DNA of 42,356 bases. Source: Planctomycetaceae bacterium. Its GTDB lineage: Bacteria; Planctomycetota; Planctomycetia; Planctomycetales; Planctomycetaceae. This document shows, in pieces, positions 19,248-28,167 of this stretch. The DNA lies in the NCBI GenBank assembly GCA_019636315.1, contig JAHBXU010000001.1, positions 1 through 42,356 of the forward strand, in the 5' to 3' direction. The translations under genes were made by a program, and so were the position numbers. How positions within the stretch are numbered: position 1 is the stretch's first letter; every line of letters starts with the position of its first letter. The notes under the pieces were generated by a model. The model was not told the DNA's origin. It was given only the letters and a program-made list of their open reading frames with translations, and did not search any database.

Positions 19248-21991
19248 GTGCCCTGTTTTTTCAGCAATGCCAAGCTGAGCAGAGTCAATACCGGGATGAA
19301 AACAGCCAAGGCAATCAGGTACCCATAGAGGTCCCAGAAGTCTAGGCCCTTGGTAAAGGTCCCACGACTGATCACGAGGAAATACGTCGCGGGCCAGACC
19401 TGCCCGATGAACGCGCCGATCCCCTCAAGCGAGGACACCGGATCGGTCAACCCAGAAAACTGGACCGTGGGCATCATCGTCAAGATCGCTGTCCCGGCCA
19501 CTGCGCCGATCTGGCTACGGGTGAACGCGGACATCAGCAAGCCGATTCCCGTCGTGACGATCACATACACAACTCCTCCCAACGCCAGGGTGGCAAAGCT
19601 GCCCTTGAGGGGAACCTTGAACGCGACCACGGCCAGCGCGACGAGACCGAAGAAGCTGATCATGCTGAGAGCAATGTACGGCAGTTGTTTCCCCAGCAGG
19701 AACTCCAGGCGTGTGACCGGCGTCACATACAGATTCGTGATGGAGCCGAGCTCTTTCTCCCGCACCACGCCGAGGGCCGTCATGAGAGCCGGAATGAAGA
19801 CCAATAACAGCGGAATCACCGCCGGAACCATCGATTCCAGACTCTTGAAGTCCTGGTTGTAGCGGTAGCGCATCTCGAGATCGGCGAGGCCGGTCTGTGG
19901 CTGAGCGCCGTAGGTGCGACGAGCCAGGTCGGCGAGGTACTGGTAGTGCATGCCTTGCACGTACCCCTTGATGGTCTCGCCCCGGAACGGACTGGCGCCG
20001 TCGACCCACACGCCGACCTCGGTCTGGCGCCCTCGCTTCAAATCCCGGCCGAAACCCGCAGGGATCTCGATCGCCACGCTCAACTCGGCGCTGCGCATCC
20101 GCCGGTCCAGTTCCGCATCATCGGTGATGAACGGACGCTCGATGAAGTAGCGTGAGCCGGCGAGATTCTGAATATAGTCCCGGCTCTGCGGCGTTCGGTC
20201 ACGATCCAGGGCGGCGAAGCGCAGGTCTTCCACGTCCATGGTAATGCCATACCCGAGAATGAACATCAGCAGCACCGATCCCAGCAGCGCGAATGTGAGC
20301 CGGATGGGGTCCCGTCTCAGCTCCAGGGCTTCGCGGTGGGCATAGGCGAACAGCCGCATGGGGCTGAACGCCCTGCCACGATCAGCTTTTGAGGTTCCCG
20401 CTGCGGAAGGCATTGTCTCGGCGGCTTCCTCGACAACCTCTTTCTGCGTCGCCTCTCCGCTTGCTTCTTCGAGGTAGCCGATGAAGGCCTCTTCGAGGTT
20501 CGCAGCGCCACGGGTACGGATCAAGCCTTCGGGCGTATCGCTCACCAGCACTCGCCCCGCGTGCATCAGCGAGATGCGGTCGCAACGTTCCCCCTCGTTC
20601 ATGAAATGGGTGGAGATGAAGATCGTCACGCGGTCCTTGCGGGAGAGCTCGATCAAGAGCTCCCAAAATCCGTCGCGGGCCACCGGGTCGACACCGGACG
20701 TCGGCTCGTCCAGGATCAATATCTCCGGCTGATGGACGACGGCGACCGCCAGGGAGAGACGTTGGCGGATTCCGAGCGGCAGAGCCTCCGCCAGGTCATC
20801 CAGATAGTCTTCCAGCTTGAACCGTTTGGTCAGCTCAGCCACACGCCCGGGGATCTTCTCCGGCTGGAGGTGGAAGAGGCGCGCATGCAGCTCCAGGTTT
20901 TGCCGCACCGTGAGTTCACCATAGAGGGAGAACGCCTGGGACATGAAGCCGACACGCTTGCGTGTCTCCATATCCTGGGCGTTCACCGGCCGGTCGAACA
21001 GCCTGGCGTCTCCTTCCGATGCGGGCAACAGACCGGTGAGCATCTTCATGGTCGTGGTCTTGCCGCAGCCGTTCGAGCCGAGAAAACCGAAAATTTCTCC
21101 CCGCTCGATGCGAAAGCTCACATGATCGACTGCCGTAAAACTGCCGAACCGCATCGTGAGGCCATGCGCTTCGATCGCCGGCGGGCCCTCGTGTGTCCGG
21201 CGGGGAGGGATTGCGATGGCGCTGTGGCCTCGACGTTTCTCTTCGGGGAGCAATGAGACAAAGGCGTCTTCCAACGTCCGTACGTTCATGCGACCCTTCA
21301 GTTCCGCCGGGCTCCCTGTCGCAAGCACCTTGCCCGCGTCCATGGCCACCAGCCAGTCGAACTGCTCAGCCTCCTCCATGTAGGCGGTGGCCACGAGCAC
21401 GCTCATCCCCGCGCGCCGCTTCCGGATCCGATCAACGAGGTCCCAGAACTGCCTGCGCGACAACGGATCAACCCCGGTGGTCGGTTCATCCAGAATCAAC
21501 AGATCGGGATCGTGGATCAGCGAGCAACATAAGCCGAGTTTCTGCTTCATGCCGCCCGATAACTTCCCCGCGGGGCGGTCCCGAAACGGCGTCAACCCCG
21601 TGCTTCGCAGCAGGTCTGTGATCCGCCATTCGCGCTCCTCACGGTTCTGTCCGAACAGGCGGCCAAAGAAATCCACGTTCTCGAAGACCGATAAGGTCAG
21701 ATAGAGGTTGCCTCCCAGTCCTTGGGGCATATAGGCGATCCGTGGGTAGACCTCGTTACGATGCCGCACAGCCGCCATATCGCCGCCGAGGACTTCAACC
21801 CGGCCGACCTGGATTTTTTTTGCGCCGGCAATCAGGGCCAGCAAACTGGATTTGCCGACCCCGTCCGGACCGATGAACCCCACCATGCGGCCGGCCGGAA
21901 TGTCCAAGGTCACCGCATCAAGGGCAGTCGTATCTCCATAGCGATGGGTTACGCCGGTGACACGAGCGACTGATGGAGGTGATTCACTCAT
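19244..21991 (-). CDS. fused ABC transporter (two ATP-binding domains plus a C-terminal ABC-2 permease domain; RbbA/YhiH-like)
   Basis: NBD1 has [22 protein letters not shown] and [16 protein letters not shown]2 has [23 protein letters not shown] and [14 protein letters not shown] multi-TM C-terminus follows. The likely start is the ATG at 21991, which overlaps the HlyD-like stop (ATGA). The track's longer start at 22024 is less likely. Confidence 0.9.
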   Translation of the reverse strand: MSESPPSVARVTGVTHRYGDTTALDAVTLDIPAGRMVGFIGPDGVGKSSLLALIAGAKKIQVGRVEVLGGDMAAVRHRNEVYPRIAYMPQGLGGNLYLTLSVFENVDFFGRLFGQNREEREWRITDLLRSTGLTPFRDRPAGKLSGGMKQKLGLCCSLIHDPDLLILDEPTTGVDPLSRRQFWDLVDRIRKRRAGMSVLVATAYMEEAEQFDWLVAMDAGKVLATGSPAELKGRMNVRTLEDAFVSLLPEEKRRGHSAIAIPPRRTHEGPPAIEAHGLTMRFGSFTAVDHVSFRIERGEIFGFLGSNGCGKTTTMKMLTGLLPASEGDARLFDRPVNAQDMETRKRVGFMSQAFSLYGELTVRQNLELHARLFHLQPEKIPGRVAELTKRFKLEDYLDDLAEALPLGIRQRLSLAVAVVHQPEILILDEPTSGVDPVARDGFWELLIELSRKDRVTIFISTHFMNEGERCDRISLMHAGRVLVSDTPEGLIRTRGAANLEEAFIGYLEEASGEATQKEVVEEAAETMPSAAGTSKADRGRAFSPMRLFAYAHREALELRRDPIRLTFALLGSVLLMFILGYGITMDVEDLRFAALDRDRTPQSRDYIQNLAGSRYFIERPFITDDAELDRRMRSAELSVAIEIPAGFGRDLKRGRQTEVGVWVDGASPFRGETIKGYVQGMHYQYLADLARRTYGAQPQTGLADLEMRYRYNQDFKSLESMVPAVIPLLLVFIPALMTALGVVREKELGSITNLYVTPVTRLEFLLGKQLPYIALSMISFFGLVALAVVAFKVPLKGSFATLALGGVVYVIVTTGIGLLMSAFTRSQIGAVAGTAILTMMPTVQFSGLTDPVSSLEGIGAFIGQVWPATYFLVISRGTFTKGLDFWDLYGYLIALAVFIPVLTLLSLALLKKQGT

Positions 21992-22977
21992 GGCATGGAC
22001 TTGGTTTGAAGAGATGAGGGCCACTGAACAGCCTTATCGAGCTGTACGTACGCCACGCCCGGGAGGCCCGGTTTGACCTGAGCCTCATGACCTTTAACCA
22101 ACTCGGGATCGATTTTGACCTTGATCCGGAACATCAGCTTCTCGCGCTCCGTCCTGGTTTCCACTTCTTTAGGCGTGAACTGCGCCTTGTCGGCGACAAA
22201 CGAGACTGCGGCCGGGATGACGAGATCCGGCGCGGCATCGAGCACGATCCGCGCCTCCGCCCCCAGCGCGACTCTCCCCGCCTCGGCGGCCGGCAGGAAC
22301 ACCGTCATGTAGACATCGGTCGGATCGATAAGCGTCAGGACCTTTCCTCCTGCTGCCAGCACTTCGCCGGGCTCCGCCAACCGAAACTGTACCCGGCCGC
22401 TCCGAGGCGCAGTCAGCACGCTATCCTTGAGATCAACCTGAATCCGTTCCTTTTGCGCGAGGGACGCCGCGATCGTCGCGTCCGCTTCCGCCAATTGAGC
22501 TTCAGCCTGTGTGGTCGCGGCCTTCGCCGTGTCCATCGTGGACCGCGTACGATCGTAGTCTTTCGCGGAGATATTGGCGTTGACGTAGAGAGCACGAGCC
22601 CGCTCAAAATCCCGTTCGGCTAATAAGGTTTCACTCCGCCGTTGCGCAATCAGTGCCTTGGCCGTGATCTGGCCCTGCCTGGAGCGCAGGACTTGCGCCT
22701 CCGCTTCTCGCACCTGTGCGTTCAACGAACTCGTATCCATGCGGGCGACGACTTGTCCGACTTGGACGCTATCGCCCTCATCAACCAGCACCTCCGCAAT
22801 ACGGCCTGGGAATTTGGTGGCGACGTCGATCTCCTGCACCTCGAGTCGTCCGTTGCCGCTGGCAAATCCAACGAGCGGTGGGATTCGAAAATAGAACCAC
22901 CAGACGGACGCTCCTGCCACAATCAATAGAAGCGCAATTCCTATAACAGTGGGGCGAGCGATCTTTGGGGTCGGCAT
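21988..22977 (-). CDS. HlyD-family periplasmic adaptor (YhiI-like)
   Basis: It has an N-terminal TM helix ([22 protein letters not shown]), a lipoyl-like segment ([11 protein letters not shown]), a long coiled-coil region and a beta-barrel segment ([26 protein letters not shown]). The ATG at 22977 has a GGAG Shine-Dalgarno. The track start at 22995 is TTG and directly abuts the TolC stop. Confidence 0.85.
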   Translation of the reverse strand: MPTPKIARPTVIGIALLLIVAGASVWWFYFRIPPLVGFASGNGRLEVQEIDVATKFPGRIAEVLVDEGDSVQVGQVVARMDTSSLNAQVREAEAQVLRSRQGQITAKALIAQRRSETLLAERDFERARALYVNANISAKDYDRTRSTMDTAKAATTQAEAQLAEADATIAASLAQKERIQVDLKDSVLTAPRSGRVQFRLAEPGEVLAAGGKVLTLIDPTDVYMTVFLPAAEAGRVALGAEARIVLDAAPDLVIPAAVSFVADKAQFTPKEVETRTEREKLMFRIKVKIDPELVKGHEAQVKPGLPGVAYVQLDKAVQWPSSLQTKSMP

Positions 22978-22995
22978 GGAGTCACTCCGTGTCAA

Positions 22996-25416
22996 TCAGT
23001 TCCGTGGGTCATCGCGCAGAACCGGCGAGACGCCGGCATTCACAAAATGCGTTTTCAGTCGTTCGAACCAGGCGGCTCGCTCTTCGGAGCTTCGAAAGAA
23101 ACTCATCTGCCCCACCGCCCGCTGTACCTTCGCCAGATCGATCAGAAATTCATAGACCGCATTGGCGGCGGCCTGATTCGCGGTCAGCGCGGCATTCTGC
23201 GAATTCAGAAGCTTGATGATGTCCACCGCCCCTCTGGAATATTGATCCACCACCAAATCCAGGGTCTTGCGGGCCGACTCGGCCGCTTTCCGCGAGAGTC
23301 TGATGCTGGGAAAGGAAGCGCCGGTTTGATACAGCGTAGTGCGGACCCGTTCTTCAACCTGTTGCGCGACGGCGGCCCGCTCGAACTGCACCTGACGCAG
23401 TTCTTCACGCGCCTTAAGGGCCGTGGCATCTTTGTATCCGCCCTGGAACAGGGGGAACGTCAACCCGATACTCGCCACGTAGAAATTGTTCTGGGTCTGC
23501 GCAAAGCCGACCGGGCCAAGAGGAACTGTCAGGCTCCCGGCTCCTCCTCCTCCTTGGGCATATTGCTGAAACCCGGCTCCCTGTATGGCGACTTCCGGAA
23601 GCCAATAGGCTCGCTGGGCATTTGTGACGGTGCGCTCCTGAGCCGCACTCAAGGCGTCAAGCCGCCGCAATTCGGGAGCCGCCTGGATTCCTTCTTCGAC
23701 TTCGAAGTCCCGGAATACTTGAAATCCCCGTGGATTCTCGACATAGGCAAACAGCTGACGCGTATCGCCCAGTAACCCCGGGTCCTCCAGGGTTTGCTCC
23801 ACGGTTTGAAACTTCTCTTCCAGCGGACGATTCAAGATCCGGTTCAGGTCCACTTCAGCCTGCCGTTCTTGAGCCTCGGCGGAGACCACGGCTTTTTGCC
23901 CATTGGCCACCTCTGCTTCCCATCGAAAGACTTCATCCCGGAGGGCATAGCCGACAGCCTCACGGGCCGTAGCCAAGTCAAGATTGGAGCGCGTCAGTTT
24001 GAGGTTGTCTTTCTGAATACGTCGCGCGGTCTTGGTCCGAAGGACGGTCAGATAGGCGACGGCCGCATCCTGCCCGATATCCAACCGCAGCTGGTTCCAC
24101 TCTTCCTCTCGAGACAGTTGCGTCTTCTGTTGCACCGTGTACTTGGTCCAGGCGTCGTCCGAGTACAGGAGTTGCCGGAATCCGCCGAGGGCAACTGCGG
24201 CTTGGCCGGGTGTTCCACCGGTGCCGAACGTATCCGGCCCTCGGCCATTCAAGACGCCTGACGTGCCGACGAACACCTGAGGGAGCAGACCGGATCGTGC
24301 CTGGCCCACCTGGCCGATGCCCGCCGCGACCTTGCGGCTCGCTGCGACCAGATCCAGGTTCGCGTCCGCAGATTCACGAACCGCATCGAAGAGCGACAGG
24401 CGGCGTGAGGCGCCGGCTGCATCCTCGTTCACCAACTCTGCCTCGCTCAGCACTTGGAAGCTCGGCCATTTGTCGATCGCGCGCACCGTCGCCATATTGA
24501 TCGCGAGCTGCTCGCCCCGGACAAAGGCCACTTCAAGCCGTCCGGCGTCGGTTCCTGAAAGAATACGCTGCACATTCGCCGCGATCGTTCGCGCGAATCG
24601 CCCCAGATCCAATTCAGGCGACAGAGCGACAGTGATCCCTCGTTGCACGTCCCGCTGTCCGACTGCCGAAAAGCTGGGCAGTTTTCGTCGGTTGAGGGCC
24701 AACACCAGACGATCGAATTCACCGGCGAGCAGGCGCGGGAGAGGCGAGAGATAGACGGCCTCTGTGTCGGCAGGGATCGAGCCGACGGCCGCCTCGGCAG
24801 AGGTCTCGACCGGCACGAATGTGAGCTTCACACCGTGCGTCTCGGCGATCTTTCGCGCGCGGTCCTTAAATGGCGGAAAGGCCTCCAGTAAGACCCGATC
24901 TGCCAAGAGGGTTAACCGGGTAAAGGGAAACACCTCTTTGAAGGCCTCGAGATCACGCTCGAAGCCCTTGCCGGTGACGAGGTAGCTGAGGTTCTTCATC
25001 CCGCTCGTGCCCTTCTTGAACGGCAGCCCCTGCAAGTGCGGATCGAGGATCAACGGCGCGATCACAGGCTTGGGTAGTTGCCTTCTTTGACTGACCTCCT
25101 GGGAAGCTAGAATCCCGAGTGCGATGACGAGATTGACACGGGGCTGAGCCAGCACATGATCGATCGCCTGTTTCACCCCTTGCACCGACCATCCTCCATC
25201 AAACTGCAAATCATTGGGGAACCGCACCTCGAATTCCCCTCTGGTGAGCTCGAGAATTTCCTTCTGAATGAGATCACGGAGCTCGGGGACAAGCTCCGAG
25301 GGTCCGTCGCGCACGATCCCGACCTGGACCACCGGTAACGACTTGGCCTCCACGTTAGATCTCCAGGACAGAAGGAAGATGACGCTGATGATGCAAAAGA
25401 ACGTTTTGGTATGCAT
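22996..25416 (-). CDS. TolC/OEP-family outer-membrane factor with an N-terminal ~310-aa periplasmic-binding-protein-like domain
   Basis: 806 aa with a signal peptide (MHTKTFFCIISVIFLLSWRSNVEA). Residues ~25-335 show an alternating beta/alpha pattern resembling ABC_sub_bind-type binding proteins (VQVGIVRDG..., NLVIALGILASQ, PVIAPLILDP, LAINMATVRAIDKWPSFQVL). Residues ~336-806 show a typical OEP start (LSLFDAVRESADANLDLVAASRKVAAG...SGLLPQV) and two TolC repeats. Confidence 0.8.
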   Translation of the reverse strand: MHTKTFFCIISVIFLLSWRSNVEAKSLPVVQVGIVRDGPSELVPELRDLIQKEILELTRGEFEVRFPNDLQFDGGWSVQGVKQAIDHVLAQPRVNLVIALGILASQEVSQRRQLPKPVIAPLILDPHLQGLPFKKGTSGMKNLSYLVTGKGFERDLEAFKEVFPFTRLTLLADRVLLEAFPPFKDRARKIAETHGVKLTFVPVETSAEAAVGSIPADTEAVYLSPLPRLLAGEFDRLVLALNRRKLPSFSAVGQRDVQRGITVALSPELDLGRFARTIAANVQRILSGTDAGRLEVAFVRGEQLAINMATVRAIDKWPSFQVLSEAELVNEDAAGASRRLSLFDAVRESADANLDLVAASRKVAAGIGQVGQARSGLLPQVFVGTSGVLNGRGPDTFGTGGTPGQAAVALGGFRQLLYSDDAWTKYTVQQKTQLSREEEWNQLRLDIGQDAAVAYLTVLRTKTARRIQKDNLKLTRSNLDLATAREAVGYALRDEVFRWEAEVANGQKAVVSAEAQERQAEVDLNRILNRPLEEKFQTVEQTLEDPGLLGDTRQLFAYVENPRGFQVFRDFEVEEGIQAAPELRRLDALSAAQERTVTNAQRAYWLPEVAIQGAGFQQYAQGGGGAGSLTVPLGPVGFAQTQNNFYVASIGLTFPLFQGGYKDATALKAREELRQVQFERAAVAQQVEERVRTTLYQTGASFPSIRLSRKAAESARKTLDLVVDQYSRGAVDIIKLLNSQNAALTANQAAANAVYEFLIDLAKVQRAVGQMSFFRSSEERAAWFERLKTHFVNAGVSPVLRDDPRN

Positions 25417-25514
25417 GAGCCATCACTCCCCGACAAGGTTACTTCTCCGTGGCGATGCAATTCTGGACTACTGCCTCCGTAAGTGTCTTCTACCTTACCT
25501 CACGATATGTCAAG

Positions 25515-25751
25515 TCAAGCTGGCACTAAACAGTCAATTGAGATCACGCACCATTGGTACGGTTGGTGCGCACGACCGAGAATCTCTCGTTCCGCATCGA
25601 GCCAGTCGTCGAGCGCATGGTCTTCTCGGTAGCCCTTTTGCGCATACAATTCATAGGCGCACTTGATGATCAACTCGTGCACCTCCATCAATAGAATCTC
25701 GGGAGAGGACGCCACGCAAGTCTTGCCGTGAGACCTCCGATTCAAACGCAC
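25515..25751 (-). CDS. DUF2934-like small protein
   Basis: The segment IIKCAYELYAQKGYREDHALDDWLDAEREI matches the DUF2934 signature (A-Y-x-x-W/Y...G...DW-x-x-AE). The start is uncertain: either the GTG at 25751, which has an upstream GGAGAAGGA, or the ATG at 25688. Confidence 0.6.
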   Translation of the reverse strand: MRLNRRSHGKTCVASSPEILLMEVHELIIKCAYELYAQKGYREDHALDDWLDAEREILGRAHQPYQWCVISIDCLVPA

Positions 25752-25893
25752 GGTCCTCGCTTGTCCTTCTCCTTCTGCTTCCTGAGCATCAGACGTCGCT
25801 CTACTCCTTTGTCACCACGTGCCACCGGCGTCGTGGGTTGGATTATGGATTGATCCTCCTGGTGATTTCCGGTGCCTGTTATGAAACCGCTCT

Positions 25894-26958
25894 TCACATA
25901 AACGTGATGAGCGGCTTCAATATGCCGTCTGCCTTCGTTCTCATCAGGTCGAAGGCCTTTTCGATGTCATTGAATCGGAACCGATGCGTCGTCAGTGGGA
26001 GTGGATTGACCCGGCCGGTTTCCAAGAGTCGCATCAGCCGCTTCATCCGTTCGGCTCCCCCGGGGCAGAGACCCGTCCTGATCACCTTATCGCCCATCCC
26101 GACCCCCCACTCCTTGCGAGGCATCTGCACATAATCTCCTTCGCCATGGTATCCAATATTCGAGATCGTCCCGCCCGGACGCGTGGCCTTGACGCAGGCC
26201 TCGAAGGTCTCCTGAGCCCCCAAGGCCTCGATGGACGAGTCCACCCCCTGTCCGCCGGTCAAATCCAGAATGGCCCTGACCGGATCCTGTTCCTTGAAGT
26301 CCAGCACGACATCGGCCCCGAACTCTTTCGCTAGCTTCTTGCGCTGCGGGACCACCTCCACCGCAATGACCAAGCCGGCCCCCAATAACCGGGCCCCCAC
26401 GGTGGCCATCAGTCCGACTGGTCCCTGCGCGAAGACAGCCACTGCGCCCCCAACGGGAATGTTCGCATGCTCAGCTCCCATGAACCCGGTCGACATCATG
26501 TCCGTGCAGTAAGCCACCTGCTCATCTGTGAGACTCGGAGGAATCGTCGCCAGGTTCGCTTGCGCGCTGTTTACATGGAAATATTCGGCGAGATTCCCAT
26601 CCTTCACGTTCGCGAACTTCCACCCGCCGAGCATCTCGGTACATTGAGAGGTGTAACCGCGCAAACAGTTCTCGCACTGATAACAGGGCGTGATGGCGTT
26701 GACTGCGACTCGATCTCCCTCACGAAATCCCTTCACGGCGCTGCCCAATTTGTAAATGACCCCCACGGCCTCATGGCCCAGGGTCAGGTTGGTGCGTTCA
26801 CCGATCGCCCCGCCGACCGTATGGACATCGGACGTACAGACGAGTGCGGCGGTCGTCTTGACAACGGCATCGTTTGGTCCGGGATCAGGAATTGGCTTCT
26901 CCATCATCCCCACCGAGCCGAGCTTCTTCATGACAAATGCTTTCATGGTCTGGGCCAT
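25894..26958 (-). CDS. NADP-dependent zinc-type secondary alcohol dehydrogenase (TbADH/CbADH family)
   Basis: 354 aa, and collinear with my recollection of Thermoanaerobacter brockii secondary ADH. Matching segments are CTSDVHTV, GHEAVG, AITPC...GWKFANVKDG, GPVGLMA, PGGTISN and LCPGG...IEKAF. An AAGGAGGAG Shine-Dalgarno lies upstream. Confidence 0.9.
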   Translation of the reverse strand: MAQTMKAFVMKKLGSVGMMEKPIPDPGPNDAVVKTTAALVCTSDVHTVGGAIGERTNLTLGHEAVGVIYKLGSAVKGFREGDRVAVNAITPCYQCENCLRGYTSQCTEMLGGWKFANVKDGNLAEYFHVNSAQANLATIPPSLTDEQVAYCTDMMSTGFMGAEHANIPVGGAVAVFAQGPVGLMATVGARLLGAGLVIAVEVVPQRKKLAKEFGADVVLDFKEQDPVRAILDLTGGQGVDSSIEALGAQETFEACVKATRPGGTISNIGYHGEGDYVQMPRKEWGVGMGDKVIRTGLCPGGAERMKRLMRLLETGRVNPLPLTTHRFRFNDIEKAFDLMRTKADGILKPLITFM

Positions 26959-27090
26959 GGTTTGCTCCTCCTTATATCTGGATTGAGTTGGGGCTTCCTC
27001 CGCGCGATCTGACTTCTCAGACGCATCGATCTGTCAGCTTCGGCTTCCGAAAGCCCCGGTCTCATGCCTGCATGCCTCCTGAGGCTACGC

Positions 27091-28149
27091 TTATGCCATC
27101 AACACGTGTTCGCTACTTCTCAGAAATTCTTTGGCGATCCCCAAGGCCTGATCGGTTTTCTGAATCGACCGCTCTGCCTGTGACTCCAGTCCCGTCAGGG
27201 CCCGAATGGCATCAATAGTCTCCGGAACGACGATGGCTTGGTTAAACACTTGGTAGGTGTAGTAGGCCTCGTTCCCGTTCACCGTGAGCACATCTTCCCA
27301 CAGCGCCACTTCCCACAGATCTCCGCGTCGACGTCCCAAGTCGCTCATCAGCTCGATCGTGCTATTCAGCGCCGCCACCCCCTCGTGCATGCGAATGAAG
27401 GCGATCCGTGGTGCCAGGCGGAATGCGGCCAACAATTCCTCTTTGCTCGCCGAACGGGTCAGCTCCACCCACCAGGTGTGAAGATGGCTGCTGTTATGAG
27501 ACGCTTTGGCCGCGATCGTCACGACATCCAACTCCGGATCGACGGTCTTCGCATCCGGTCCCTGGTGGCTCGGTATGGTCTTTTCCGGAATGACGGTGTT
27601 CATGATGCCGTCCAGATGCGCTTCCCATGGATCCGATGCTCGACGGATCAGCGTGCCTCGCGCGCGTTTGAGGAGTCCGGCCTTCTTCAGGGCACCGAGC
27701 GTTCGCACGATCGAGGTCGTGTTGCATGAAACGACCCTGGTGCTGGAACGACCGATGGCCGTTTCATAATTGGCCTGGGCCACGAAGGAATGCCCAGTCA
27801 GCGCATGTGATTCGCCCCCCTGGTAGATTGCCTTCACACCTAACCGCTCATAGAGTATCTTGTTGGCAGCTCCGATTTTTTTGGGCGTGCAATCCGCCAC
27901 CACGTCGACCTTCCGGAGCAAGTCATCCAAGGTGCCAGCGACTGGGATGTCGGCTGCGCGCATCGCCTCGGCCTTGTCCGGCAGCGCAGCATAGATATCC
28001 AGCCCAAGGACCGCTGCCGTCTTGATCCGGTAGTCAGTCACGACATCGGCCACGCCGACTAATTCCATATCCTCCTGTTGCTTCACCGCATCGGCCACGC
28101 GCTTGCCGATCACCCCATAGCCATTGACTGCGACTTTGACCTTTCTCAT
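27091..28149 (-). CDS. gap: class II (archaeal-type) phosphorylating glyceraldehyde-3-phosphate dehydrogenase
   Basis: 352 aa. The N-terminus is VAVNGYGVIGKRVADAV. The active-site context is VVSCNTTS, which is the class II SCNTT motif rather than the bacterial class I SCTTNC. The length and overall layout match archaeal GAPDH. Confidence 0.88.
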   Translation of the reverse strand: MRKVKVAVNGYGVIGKRVADAVKQQEDMELVGVADVVTDYRIKTAAVLGLDIYAALPDKAEAMRAADIPVAGTLDDLLRKVDVVADCTPKKIGAANKILYERLGVKAIYQGGESHALTGHSFVAQANYETAIGRSSTRVVSCNTTSIVRTLGALKKAGLLKRARGTLIRRASDPWEAHLDGIMNTVIPEKTIPSHQGPDAKTVDPELDVVTIAAKASHNSSHLHTWWVELTRSASKEELLAAFRLAPRIAFIRMHEGVAALNSTIELMSDLGRRRGDLWEVALWEDVLTVNGNEAYYTYQVFNQAIVVPETIDAIRALTGLESQAERSIQKTDQALGIAKEFLRSSEHVLMA

Positions 28150-28167
28150 GGGTTCTCTCCTTCTCCA

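Noticed and set aside
25508-25513. A perfect TTGACA -35-like hexamer (minus strand) upstream of the TolC-fusion gene.
   Set aside because: No acceptable TATAAT-like -10 hexamer lies at 16-18 nt spacing. A single hexamer match is expected by chance.
25521-25536. A plus-strand TGGCAC (sigma-54 -24-like) at 25521. Other TGGCAC occurrences are at, for example, 15182, 2386 and 30886, and in reverse-complement sites near 1091, 11527, 11935 and 33257.
   Set aside because: None has a GC/TTGC element at the required N5 spacing. Most are inside coding sequence or face no downstream gene.
26959-27090. Short hairpins after the gap gene (GGCTT-TCGG-AAGCC). Similar 4-6 bp stems follow the DUF1207-like gene, the GltD-Fd gene and the ADH gene, and could be intrinsic terminators.
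   Set aside because: The stems are short and none is followed by a U-rich tract. With downstream genes so close, read-through is as likely as termination, so no terminator features were called.
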